A DNA stretch of 64,000 nucleotides from Actinomycetota bacterium (GTDB taxonomy: Bacteria > Actinomycetota > JAHEXW01 > JAGVPG01): assembly GCA_020052375.1 (NCBI GenBank), contig JAGVPG010000009.1, positions 30,192 through 94,191 of the forward strand, read 5' to 3'. Position numbers and translations under genes: made by a program. The notes beneath the pieces are model-generated. The model had not been told where the DNA came from. It worked only from the letters and a program-made list of their open reading frames with translations, and made no database searches. How positions within the stretch are numbered: position 1 is the stretch's first letter; every line of letters begins with the position of its first letter. Of this stretch, positions 35,999 through 44,425 are shown one piece after another.

Positions 35999-36484
35999 AT
36001 GAAGATCACAGCAGTTTCTATGAGGGTAGTTGACCGGGAGAAGGTAAAGGCCTTCGCATCGATCACGATAGATGACGAATTCGTCGTCCATGACTTGAGG
36101 ATCATCGAAGGGCAGAAGGGACTGTTTGTCGCCATGCCTAGCCGTAAACTCCCGAACGGCGAGTTTAGGGATGTGGCTCATCCGATAAAGCCGGAAGTGC
36201 GAGAGATGATCCAGGGTATAGTCCTGGATGAGTACGAGAAGAGGAAAGCATCACCCGAAGCATATGCGGAAGAGCGCCCGGTCAAAAAACCGGAAGCGCC
36301 GCCGGCCGAAAAACCGGAAGCGCCGCCGGCCGAAAAACCGGAAGCGCCGCCGGCCGAAAAACCGGCTGAAGCACCGGTCGAAGAAGCGAAGGCGGAACCG
36401 GAACCGGCACCGGCACCTGAAGAACCAGCTAAGGAAGCGACCGCCGAACCGGCCGAGGCGACAGCCGACAAAGACCAACAATAG
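35999..36484 (+). CDS. spoVG: SpoVG with C-terminal (KPEAPPAE)x3 Pro/Ala/Glu-rich extension
   Basis: [50 protein letters not shown]...; a 24-nt unit repeated three times at 36286-36357. Confidence 0.85.
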   Translation: MKITAVSMRVVDREKVKAFASITIDDEFVVHDLRIIEGQKGLFVAMPSRKLPNGEFRDVAHPIKPEVREMIQGIVLDEYEKRKASPEAYAEERPVKKPEAPPAEKPEAPPAEKPEAPPAEKPAEAPVEEAKAEPEPAPAPEEPAKEATAEPAEATADKDQQ

Positions 36485-36596
36485 TAACACCACATATTTA
36501 GCAGTCAGGACGGATCTTTATGACAAGATGTTCTGGCTGCTATTTGTATTCAAGTGTTCCATGGACTATTGACTATAAACTATCCAATGTTCTTAC

Positions 36597-36671
36597 TGGG
36601 GCGTGGTGAAGTGGTAACACAGCGGATTTTGGTTCCGCCATTCGGAGGTTCGAATCCTCCCGCCCCAGCCA
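36597..36671 (+). tRNA. tRNA-Gln (anticodon UUG)
   Basis: TGGGGCGTGGTGAAGTGGTAACACAGCGGATTTTGGTTCCGC...GGTTCGAATCCTCCCGCCCCAGCCA. Confidence 0.85.
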
Positions 36672-36785
36672 TCTAAAAGTGTGTGCCTGGGTTAGGTTGA
36701 AGTAAATCTTCTCGCTAAAGATATCACGCTCGAAGAATTCTTCAACCTCCCCAGGCACTGTATGTATATATGGGGTATCGCTGCG

Positions 36786-36808
36786 GATTCTCACCGTCCA
36801 AGTCTGTC
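36786..36808 (+). repeat. repeat family C (GATTCTCACCGTCCAAGTCTGT)
   Basis: Related copies at 42040-42069 and 43171-43200. Confidence 0.6.
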
Positions 36809-36816
36809 GATGGCCG

Positions 36817-37045
36817 TTAAAAAGTGAGTCCTCGCAGGGGAATATGTTTAAAGTCATACTCCTGGTCGCCGTCCTTGATTTTGCTCTCATTTCCTACAGG
36901 TCGTTCGTAAGACTCTTTTTTACTCTTATACTGAAGGTCTTCCTCACAGACCTGGTAAATACTCGCAATATCTAAGGTCGGCTCCCCTATGGAGCATGAC
37001 TTAAACTATATCCTCCTGCTCGGACAATGCACGTTGTTTATTCAA
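36817..37045 (+). repeat. dispersed ~230-nt repeat R1, copy B
   Basis: Begins with the family-A motif (TTAAAAAGTGAGTCCTCGCA). The core aligns with the reverse complement of 6105-6250. Ends with ...TCCTGCTCGGACAATGCACGTTGTTTATT, which is also seen at 41840-41885. Confidence 0.7.
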
Positions 37046-37071
37046 CGAAAATCTTACAGGATGGGCGCCGC

Positions 37072-37094
37072 GGTTCGAATCCTCCCGCCCAGCA
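37072..37094 (+). repeat. partial duplicate of tRNA-Gln 3' end (att-like)
   Basis: GGTTCGAATCCTCCCGCCCAGCA versus the tRNA 3' end GGTTCGAATCCTCCCGCCCCAGCCA (one deletion). It lies 400 bp downstream of the intact tRNA. Confidence 0.7.
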
Positions 37095-37271
37095 AGGTCA
37101 GACAGGGTGTCAAGAGGATTGGCCCCCTTTATTTATAGAAATATCTAACAAACCATCGCGAAACATAGACAAAACCCATGAGGTTCACAAATCTAATTCC
37201 TTGTATCGGTAGATATTAAAGAAAGGGGGCTATATTCTCTTGAGTGCTATAATTATTCCAAGGAGGACAGC

Positions 37272-39245
37272 TTGCCTGAAGATAGTCGACACACCAATCC
37301 TACCGCATCTGAATTACTAAGAAAGGCAGATAGTAAACATATTTCAACTGCTTTTAGCCGGATCGATAAGATGAGTCCTTGTCCTATCGGTCAAGGTGGT
37401 GGCTGCTGCCGAGTCTGTTTCATGGGACCATGCCGTCTGTCTAGTCAAAAAATGCCTAGAAAAGTCGGTATCTGTGGGGCGACTCTAGATACTATAGTCG
37501 CCAGAAACTTAGCCCGGTCTATCGCTGCCGGATGTTCAGCTCACGCTGCTCATGGTCTTGACCTAGCACTGACTCTGCAAGCTGTAGCCACTGGGAAAGC
37601 CAAGGACTATCAGATAAAGGATTCAGGCAAGCTTAAGGTATTAGCCAAACAGTATAGTATCAAGACCGATGGACTCTCCGATAATGAAATCGCACTTAAG
37701 GTGGCTGATGCGGCTATTTCCAGTTATGGTCAACAAGATACCGAACTGAGCCTCGTGTCCCAACCTCCCAAAAAACGTCTTGAGCTGTGGAAGTCGTTAG
37801 GTATCTTCCCACGCGGCATCCACCAGGAAATAGTCGAAACCTGTCACCAGACCAGTATCGGTGTTAATCAGGACCCTGAACATATACTAAAACAGGCCTT
37901 AAGAGTCTCTCTGGCTGATGGTTGGGGCAGCTCCATGATGGCAACTCAGATATCAGATGTTCTGTTCGGGACACCCCAGCCGAAACTAGCTCAAACAAAC
38001 CTTGGAGTATTGAAACAAGATGAGGTAAATATTGTCGTTCATGGTCACACACCGACTCTAGCCGAAGCAATAGTCAACGCAGTGAGTGATGACGGACTTA
38101 AAAAACTAGCCAAATCTAAAGGTGCAAAAGGAATCAACTTGGTCGGCATATGCTGCACCTCAAATGAAATCTTAATGCGGCATGGTATTTCACCTGTGGG
38201 TGGTTTTCTCGATCAGGAACTGGCTATTCTAACAGGTTCAGTTGAGGCCATGGTTGTAGACATTCAATGCGTCATGCAGGCCTTATCACCGCTTGTCAAG
38301 CATTTTCACACTAAACTAATAACGACTTCACCACAAGCTAAGATTGAAGATGCAACACACGTGGAGTTTAACATCTCTGAAGCCTCTGGGACAGCCAAGC
38401 AAATCGTAAAATTAGCTATCGACAACTTCCCTAATCGAAAGAGTACTGCCATACCAGAAATGACCAGCGACCTTGTGGCCGGTTTCTCACATGAATATAT
38501 AAGATATATGCTGGGTGGAAAATACCGCGCCTCATTCGGTCCATTAAATGATGCTATCATTACAAGCTGTATCCAGGGAGTTGTCGGAGTAGTCGGCTGT
38601 AATAATCCCAGAGTTTCACAAAAAAACAGCCACACCTACGTCGTTAAAGAGTTAATCCGCAATAATATTTTGGTCGTCCAAACGGGATGTGCCGCTTTGA
38701 ACAGTGCTAAGCATGACCTATTGATACCGGAAGCTTTACACGATGCTGGACCATTCTTAAGAGAAGCATGCAAGACCATTGGTATGCCACCTGTTCTACA
38801 TCTTGGTTCCTGTGTTGATAATTCGAGGATATTGACCATCCTGACCAACATCGTTAATAAAGGTGGGCTTGGAGAAGATATAAATGATCTACCGGTGGCA
38901 GCAGTTGTCCCCGAATGGATGAGTGAAAAATCCCTAGCCATCGGTACATACTTCGCTGCATCCGGAGTTCCGGTGTTTTTTGGTTCAGGTTCACCTGTAT
39001 CTGATAGCCATCTTGTATCCAGTCTTATAAACAGCAACTGGGAACAACAGCTTGGAGGCAAGATCAGGTTTGAGTCTGATCCCAGAAAAATAGTTAAAGA
39101 CGTGATAGAGCACATCAACAAGAAACGTCAGATTCTTGGTATCTATGGTGTCGGCGGCCGAAAACAAAGCCCAGCCGAAATCGAAAGGATGAGAGCATTA
39201 AGACAATGGCAAATGAGGTTAAGGAGTTCGCTTCAGCAGTTATAA
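37272..39245 (+). CDS. cooS: anaerobic Ni-dependent carbon monoxide dehydrogenase catalytic subunit (copy 2, lower GC)
   Basis: HISTAFSRIDKMSPCPIGQGGGCCRVCFMGPCRL...GICGA; 657 aa; collinear with copy 1. Confidence 0.85.
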   Translation: MPEDSRHTNPTASELLRKADSKHISTAFSRIDKMSPCPIGQGGGCCRVCFMGPCRLSSQKMPRKVGICGATLDTIVARNLARSIAAGCSAHAAHGLDLALTLQAVATGKAKDYQIKDSGKLKVLAKQYSIKTDGLSDNEIALKVADAAISSYGQQDTELSLVSQPPKKRLELWKSLGIFPRGIHQEIVETCHQTSIGVNQDPEHILKQALRVSLADGWGSSMMATQISDVLFGTPQPKLAQTNLGVLKQDEVNIVVHGHTPTLAEAIVNAVSDDGLKKLAKSKGAKGINLVGICCTSNEILMRHGISPVGGFLDQELAILTGSVEAMVVDIQCVMQALSPLVKHFHTKLITTSPQAKIEDATHVEFNISEASGTAKQIVKLAIDNFPNRKSTAIPEMTSDLVAGFSHEYIRYMLGGKYRASFGPLNDAIITSCIQGVVGVVGCNNPRVSQKNSHTYVVKELIRNNILVVQTGCAALNSAKHDLLIPEALHDAGPFLREACKTIGMPPVLHLGSCVDNSRILTILTNIVNKGGLGEDINDLPVAAVVPEWMSEKSLAIGTYFAASGVPVFFGSGSPVSDSHLVSSLINSNWEQQLGGKIRFESDPRKIVKDVIEHINKKRQILGIYGVGGRKQSPAEIERMRALRQWQMRLRSSLQQL

Positions 39246-40081
39246 AGGAGGCGCCAAAGCTCGTCTCCAAAGCATCGGGCAAGCTTCAAGCCGCTATCAA
39301 GAAAAAAGGAGCTGAAGGACCTGTATGTTGTACTCCATCAGACTATCTTCCGGTCATCTATGGCATTACCGGAAAGAAGATCTCTATACTATCCGATCTC
39401 AACCAGATTATCGTACAAGCACGTGACCTCCTCGCCGAACCACCTGGCAACAACCATTGGCTTCCTTATCTGGGTCACGCTCTGGATGCTGGAATAGCTT
39501 CCCTATTTGCCGAAGAGATAATCGAAGCTGTTGATATCAATCCAGATTCCAATTCATCAGATGGTTTGTGGCTAGGCGCTCCGTCAGACGACATAGTTCA
39601 GACATGCGGATTGCAGATTATCAACGGAGCTATGAAAGGATTCGCCACCTTGATTGGAGCTGCTCCCTCAACTGACAAAGCAAAGCAAATTGCCCAAGAG
39701 CTAAAAGAAAAAGAACTCTACATTTTCCTAGTCGGTCAGGACAAAGAGGAATCTATGGGCAGGCAGCTTAGGCAGGCAGGAATAAACCTCGGCTGGGATG
39801 AGCATATAATTCCTTTTGGTCGTCAAACCTCAAGCATAGTCCATGTCTTTGGTTTTTTAACTAGAATAGCTATAATTCACGGTAAGATAAAACCCGGGGA
39901 TTTAAAGGGGATATATGCTTTTCTCAAAGAAAAGGTGTTTGGCTTTTTTATGATCCTCGACCAGGTAGATAATGAAAAATATGCCATGGCCGCCGCTGCA
40001 AACAGTTTCGGGTTTTTGACCATGGCTCAGGAATACGTTCCCCAGCTACTACCCATTCATACTCTACATAGATTGCGCTAA
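39206..40081 (+). CDS. hypothetical protein, CooS-associated; possibly CdhB-like (CODH epsilon-like)
   Basis: Overlaps the cooS-2 stop. Weak by-eye resemblance to archaeal CdhB (AVIKEAPKLVSKASGKL ~ PEVAAKLISKAKRP; AAANSFGFL ~ NATMSFGNL). Confidence 0.35.
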   Translation: MANEVKEFASAVIKEAPKLVSKASGKLQAAIKKKGAEGPVCCTPSDYLPVIYGITGKKISILSDLNQIIVQARDLLAEPPGNNHWLPYLGHALDAGIASLFAEEIIEAVDINPDSNSSDGLWLGAPSDDIVQTCGLQIINGAMKGFATLIGAAPSTDKAKQIAQELKEKELYIFLVGQDKEESMGRQLRQAGINLGWDEHIIPFGRQTSSIVHVFGFLTRIAIIHGKIKPGDLKGIYAFLKEKVFGFFMILDQVDNEKYAMAAAANSFGFLTMAQEYVPQLLPIHTLHRLR

Positions 40082-40164
40082 TTTCTCCTAGTGTTAAACT
40101 TTCTAAGCAGCCATGCTTCAATAATGAGATGGACAATCTGTACATACGGTAGCAAGGGGGGAAT

Positions 40165-41622
40165 GTGAAAATACCCAAGTGCATGAGCACACAGCACCCG
40201 GACAACGTAAATCCTCCTTTCTTCGCCAGAGATACCGAGCTTGGCGGGGAAGATGAAGTTCAGGAAGCGTACTATGCTTTCTCTAATTTAGGCTGCGACG
40301 AGCAGATGTGGGATTATGAAGGCAAGGAAGTCGATGCTTTTGTAGTCAAGAAGCTTCTTAACAAGTACGAATCGTTTTTCAAGCAGCAACGGTTAGGAAA
40401 AGACATATTTCTGACATTGCGAGTGCCAAATCCTACTGTAGAGAGAACAGAAGCAAAAGTGCTGCTGGAAACCCTTGAGAGCATACCGAGGTCATATGAC
40501 GTCGCTAAACTGTTTTATGGAGATGATATCCCGCCCATTTTCGAGGTCATTTTGCCGATGACAGCTTCATATAAATGCGTGGACAGGATCTACCAGTACT
40601 ACCGGGAATTTGTAGTCGGCAAACAAACTAGACCTTTTAGAAACGGCGACCTTACAATCGCCGAATGGATCGGCGAGTTCAAACCGGCAAGGATCAATGT
40701 GATTCCTCTTTTTGAAGATATGGCTCATATGCTTGCCGCTGCCGATATCGTCGGAGACTATCTTCGCGGAAAAGAAATGAAATACCAGCGAGTCTTTCTC
40801 GCCCGTTCAGACCCTGCTATGAACTACGGAATGATCAGTGCCGTCCTTCTTAACAAGATAGCACTTCAACGATTATATAAGTTCTCAAATAGTTCAGGCG
40901 TTCGGATTTATCCCATCGTGGGCGTCGGGTCAGCGCCGTTTAGGGGAAATCTAAGACCGTCTACTGTTGATAGAGTCTCCGCAGAATACCCGAGTGCGCA
41001 CACTTTTACTGTGCAGTCAGCATTCAAGTATGACAATCCGCCGAACGTCGTCGAACAAGCAGTGAAACGTTTGTCGACTAGGGAGAGCGGCGCGCCGCAC
41101 GAGGTCGATGAAGGTAGAGCTCTTGAGATCATCGATAAGTATTGCCGGGAATATAAACGCCAGATTATCGGATTGGCTCCGGTTATCAACCGCATAGCCC
41201 GACACATACCGAGCAGGCGTAAGCGAAAACTGCATATCGGTCTCTTTGGGTACGCTAGGAATATCGAAGGCGTCTCTTTACCCCGAGCAATCGGCTTCAC
41301 CGCTTCATTGTACTCGATAGGGCTGCCGCCCGAGATACTCGGCCTTAACGCGCTGGACGACGATGACCTCAAATATATACGCACCGCATACACGAATTTC
41401 GATATCGATCTTAAGGATGCACTCCAGTATCTCGACGTGAACTGCAATCTCGTTCCTAAGAGTCTGTTAAAGCGTATTGATACAATGGGTATTTCATTCA
41501 AGCCTGATTCATCTCATGTTACTGTGACATCACGCATCGTCTCACTGCTTCAAGAAAACCGGACAGAGGATCTTCCCGAACATATTTTACAGGCGGCAAA
41601 CATTAGAAGGTTTCTAGGCTAG
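40165..41622 (+). CDS. ppcA: archaeal-type phosphoenolpyruvate carboxylase
   Basis: N-terminal MKIPKCMSTQHPDNVNPPFFAR is the archaeal-type PEPC hallmark; ~485 aa. Confidence 0.75.
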   Translation: MKIPKCMSTQHPDNVNPPFFARDTELGGEDEVQEAYYAFSNLGCDEQMWDYEGKEVDAFVVKKLLNKYESFFKQQRLGKDIFLTLRVPNPTVERTEAKVLLETLESIPRSYDVAKLFYGDDIPPIFEVILPMTASYKCVDRIYQYYREFVVGKQTRPFRNGDLTIAEWIGEFKPARINVIPLFEDMAHMLAAADIVGDYLRGKEMKYQRVFLARSDPAMNYGMISAVLLNKIALQRLYKFSNSSGVRIYPIVGVGSAPFRGNLRPSTVDRVSAEYPSAHTFTVQSAFKYDNPPNVVEQAVKRLSTRESGAPHEVDEGRALEIIDKYCREYKRQIIGLAPVINRIARHIPSRRKRKLHIGLFGYARNIEGVSLPRAIGFTASLYSIGLPPEILGLNALDDDDLKYIRTAYTNFDIDLKDALQYLDVNCNLVPKSLLKRIDTMGISFKPDSSHVTVTSRIVSLLQENRTEDLPEHILQAANIRRFLG

Positions 41623-41764
41623 CTCATAAGGTCTCTGCAAACATCGTGATCAGACGTTATACTAAGAAAGGCCAGTCGTTCGACCCACTCGGGCCAAGTG
41701 AAGTTTCCCTATTACGGCTTCTTTATGTATTTAGCAATCTTCTCAAACTTAACAAGGGAGCCAT

Positions 41765-41890
41765 CTAAAAAGTGAGTGCTCGCAGTCGGCGCGAACACCA
41801 TTAAATGTGAGTGCTGCGCGTTAGCACAGATGTATAAAAGCATTGTTCGCGTCTCCTGCTTGCACAATGCACATTTGTTATTAAGAGCGT
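41765..41890 (+). repeat. internally shortened copy of repeat R1 (both conserved ends present)
   Basis: 5' end CTAAAAAGTGAGTGCTCGCA, 3' end TCTCCTGCTTGCACAATGCACATTTGTTATT. The intervening sequence is shorter than in copy B. Confidence 0.55.
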
Positions 41891-42039
41891 AAAGCGGAAA
41901 TCGTAAAGCGAAAAGGAAGACTTGGTAGGTGCGGATCTTAAAGTCGGATGGTTTAGATCTTCTTTCCGCTTTCCGTTCTTTTTCACCTTATTCACTCTGT
42001 TTACCGTTCACCACTTCACCATCTCCTACCTGCCATCTG

Positions 42040-42069
42040 CTGATCAAGATCCTCACCGTCCAGGTTTGC
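42040..42069 (+). repeat. repeat family C copy upstream of the REC-GGDEF gene
   Basis: GATCAAGATCCTCACCGTCCAGGTTTGCAG. Confidence 0.6.
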
Positions 42070-42177
42070 AGGGGAGTTTGAGAACTGGGTATAAGCGTTT
42101 CTTTACACTTCACGGTTGGCTATAATTGGCTTGAAGAGCTACCGGTCTTCAATGGATGTGTAGTCTGGAGCTGTGAT

Positions 42178-43065
42178 ATGAGAGATAAGTCTATAAATGT
42201 CTTACTGATCGAAGATAGCCCGGCTCATGTAGTCATCATCAGAGAAATGCTCAAAGCAAAGAAAGACATCGAATTCAACATTGTGCACGTTAAAGATCTT
42301 TCTGAAGGGTTGAACTATCTTACCTCGGGCGATACAGACATTGTTTTGCTGGATCTAGGCTTGCCGGATAGCACCGGTATCGAGACATTCGACAAGATAC
42401 ATGCACAAGATAGAGATATACCCATTGTTGTAATAACAGCCAATGCCGACGATGAGCTGGCGATAGAAGCCGTGCAAAAGGGAGCTCAGGACTATCTAGT
42501 CAAAGAACAAACAGACTCTGACATGCTGATACGCTCCGTCCGGTACGCTATCGAGCGGAACAGGATGTATTCAGTTCTACGCGGGCTTGTGCTTATAGAC
42601 GATCTGACCGGTCTGTACAATCGAAGAGGCTTTATTGCTCTTGGCAAGCGAAATATCAAACTGGCGGACCGGACAAAGAAACGCCTACTCTTCGGCATAG
42701 CTGACCTGGATGGATTGAAGTTGATCAACGACAGTTTCGGTCATAAAGAGGGAGACCGGGCACTACTGGAGACGGTGCAGATACTGAAAGAGACTTTTAG
42801 GGAAACGGATATCATCGCTCGAATGGGCGGTGATGAGTTTGCGATCATCGCCATAGAGGCCTCGATTGAAACCGCCAACGTCGTTACCGCCAGATTGAAG
42901 GCGAATGTCGATAGACATAATTTGAAAAAGAACCCGGACCGCCGATTATCTATCAGCATAGGTGTGACATTCTATGAGCCCGGGTCGCATAGTTCGATCG
43001 ATGAGCTTATTTCAAAAGCGGATGAATTGATGTATATGGAGAAAAACGCTAAAAGAGAACCCTAA
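42178..43065 (+). CDS. response regulator receiver + GGDEF diguanylate cyclase
   Basis: REC (VLLIEDSPAHVVIIREML..., DLGLPDSTG); GGDEF (RMGGDEFAI, DSFGHKEGD). Confidence 0.85.
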   Translation: MRDKSINVLLIEDSPAHVVIIREMLKAKKDIEFNIVHVKDLSEGLNYLTSGDTDIVLLDLGLPDSTGIETFDKIHAQDRDIPIVVITANADDELAIEAVQKGAQDYLVKEQTDSDMLIRSVRYAIERNRMYSVLRGLVLIDDLTGLYNRRGFIALGKRNIKLADRTKKRLLFGIADLDGLKLINDSFGHKEGDRALLETVQILKETFRETDIIARMGGDEFAIIAIEASIETANVVTARLKANVDRHNLKKNPDRRLSISIGVTFYEPGSHSSIDELISKADELMYMEKNAKREP

Positions 43066-43170
43066 CCCAGTTTCCCCTCCTTTTTGTTGGTTACTCGCTA
43101 ATTATCTTGGAGGAACGATGGCTCTTTTACAACAATCAGGCCTTTTTACAGAAGTTTAAAGGCACAACCG

Positions 43171-43200
43171 CCGATCAAGATTCTCACCGTCCAAGTCTGT
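43171..43200 (+). repeat. repeat family C copy downstream of the REC-GGDEF gene
   Basis: CCGATCAAGATTCTCACCGTCCAAGTCTGT. Confidence 0.6.
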
Positions 43201-43217
43201 ACTCCAAGAATGCAGAC

Positions 43218-43733
43218 TCAGTAACCTCGCAAAACAGACATGGCCCCGCTTAGCAACAATATAGATAAACCTAACGCAAAATTCACCTTGACCAAGTTTA
43301 GAGACACTTTTTGAAGTGATGCCTTTTCAGGATCGGTTTCTGTCCGCATAATCGTGGGAGTCAAGACCAAGCTCCTATAGAAATGAATCGAGACCATGGT
43401 GAAAACCAAGATCAGCTTCAGGATTAAGATCATCATCCAGTCGTTTTCAAGAAATCCGATTTCTGAAGGCGGCTTACCTAACCAAGCCAATGTAAACCCG
43501 GTGACAACGAGGGTTATTATGCAGTAGTTTGCTAGCGAAGTGAATCGTTTTGAGATTTCTCCTATAAGCTTGCCTGACTCCGCTCCCAAAACATCTTTGG
43601 ATGATGGTAATGCGATAAACAGGATAAATGTTATTCCACCGATCCAGATGGTTGTTGCGATAAGATGTATCCAGTAAACGGTTATTACTATTATCTCTTT
43701 GATATCTTCCTCCTTGTGATCTAAGAAAGGCAA
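43218..43733 (-). CDS. small integral membrane protein (4 predicted TM), paralogous to 45137-45658
   Basis: Hydrophobic segments. Shared pattern with the paralog (LLAAHNIAAVLCVAAPFY... versus ITVYWIHLIATTIWIGGITF...). Family not assigned. Confidence 0.55.
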   Translation of the reverse strand: MPFLDHKEEDIKEIIVITVYWIHLIATTIWIGGITFILFIALPSSKDVLGAESGKLIGEISKRFTSLANYCIITLVVTGFTLAWLGKPPSEIGFLENDWMMILILKLILVFTMVSIHFYRSLVLTPTIMRTETDPEKASLQKVSLNLVKVNFALGLSILLLSGAMSVLRGY

Positions 43734-43760
43734 CTGATCGCGTATGATCCGAATCCTTAA

Positions 43761-43880
43761 TTACTCATCTGTCTTAACAGGCGGGATGCAACCGCAACCG
43801 CAGGTACTCTTTTTCTGGACCTTGATTTCGGGCTTCTTCTCTTCGGGATTTTCTTTCTCTTCCTTGGCATCTTTCGCCAT
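43761..43880 (-). CDS. unannotated 39-aa peptide with C-terminal TCGCGC motif
   Basis: Minus-strand ATG at 43880 preceded by AGGTGGTGA (6-nt spacing). Translation MAKDAKEEKENPEEKKPEIKVQKKSTCGCGCIPPVKTDE. Below the ORF-track length cutoff. Confidence 0.45.
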   Translation of the reverse strand: MAKDAKEEKENPEEKKPEIKVQKKSTCGCGCIPPVKTDE

Positions 43881-43957
43881 TTATATCACCACCTTCTGTA
43901 TAAGTGTATGCATATCTTCTTATAATCATAGGCAAAAAAATTAGCTTTTCATAGCTT

Positions 43958-44323
43958 TCAAGTTTTTCCCGTACTTGCTTGTTTGCCCAAACAGCCGCAA
44001 GTGCAGATACGGTTAAGTCTTTGACGGCATTTTTCAAGGGCTTCCCGGTTTAGTGAGTAGTAGATCCAGTACCCCTGCCTTTCGTCCTTTACGAGCCCCG
44101 CGCTTCTAAGCACCCGCAAATGCTGGGATACCGCGGACTGGGTGATCTTCAATGCTTCAGCCAAGGCATTAACATTCATAGACTCTTCTTTTAGGAGTTC
44201 GATGATCTCTATTCTCTTATCAACAGAGAGTAGTTTAAATAGGTCAGCTGCTTCTTTCATGCGTTCACCTCGGTAAGAATATAAGTATATACTAATATAC
44301 TTTAACATACTTTGAGTTGTCAA
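43958..44323 (-). CDS. ArsR/SmtB-family transcriptional regulator with C-terminal CTCGC motif
   Basis: wHTH NVNALAEALKITQSAVSQHLRVLRSAGLV; C-terminal RICTCGCLGK. Confidence 0.8.
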   Translation of the reverse strand: MTTQSMLKYISIYLYSYRGERMKEAADLFKLLSVDKRIEIIELLKEESMNVNALAEALKITQSAVSQHLRVLRSAGLVKDERQGYWIYYSLNREALEKCRQRLNRICTCGCLGKQASTGKT

Positions 44324-44425
44324 GCACTTTTTAGATTAGGCGATTCGGGGACTTGACAAATCTCGTGCATTGATATACTATTCAAGTAATCAATAAGATA
44401 ATAGAATAGTTGATAAGGAGGATAG

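Noticed and set aside
36228-36572. 114-aa Arg/Lys-rich ORF and the 36251-36493 minus-strand ORF
   Set aside because: These are alternate-frame readings of the SpoVG C-terminal GC-rich tandem repeat; artefacts.
38306-39121. Two minus-strand ORFs (109 and 161 aa) inside cooS-2
   Set aside because: Antisense to a conserved gene, with no motifs.
41640-41720. Possible degenerate tRNA-like T-arm (GTTCGACCCACTCGGGCC) that might mark the distal island boundary
   Set aside because: The match to the tRNA-Gln 3' end is too weak to call. Left as a note for a genome-wide repeat search.
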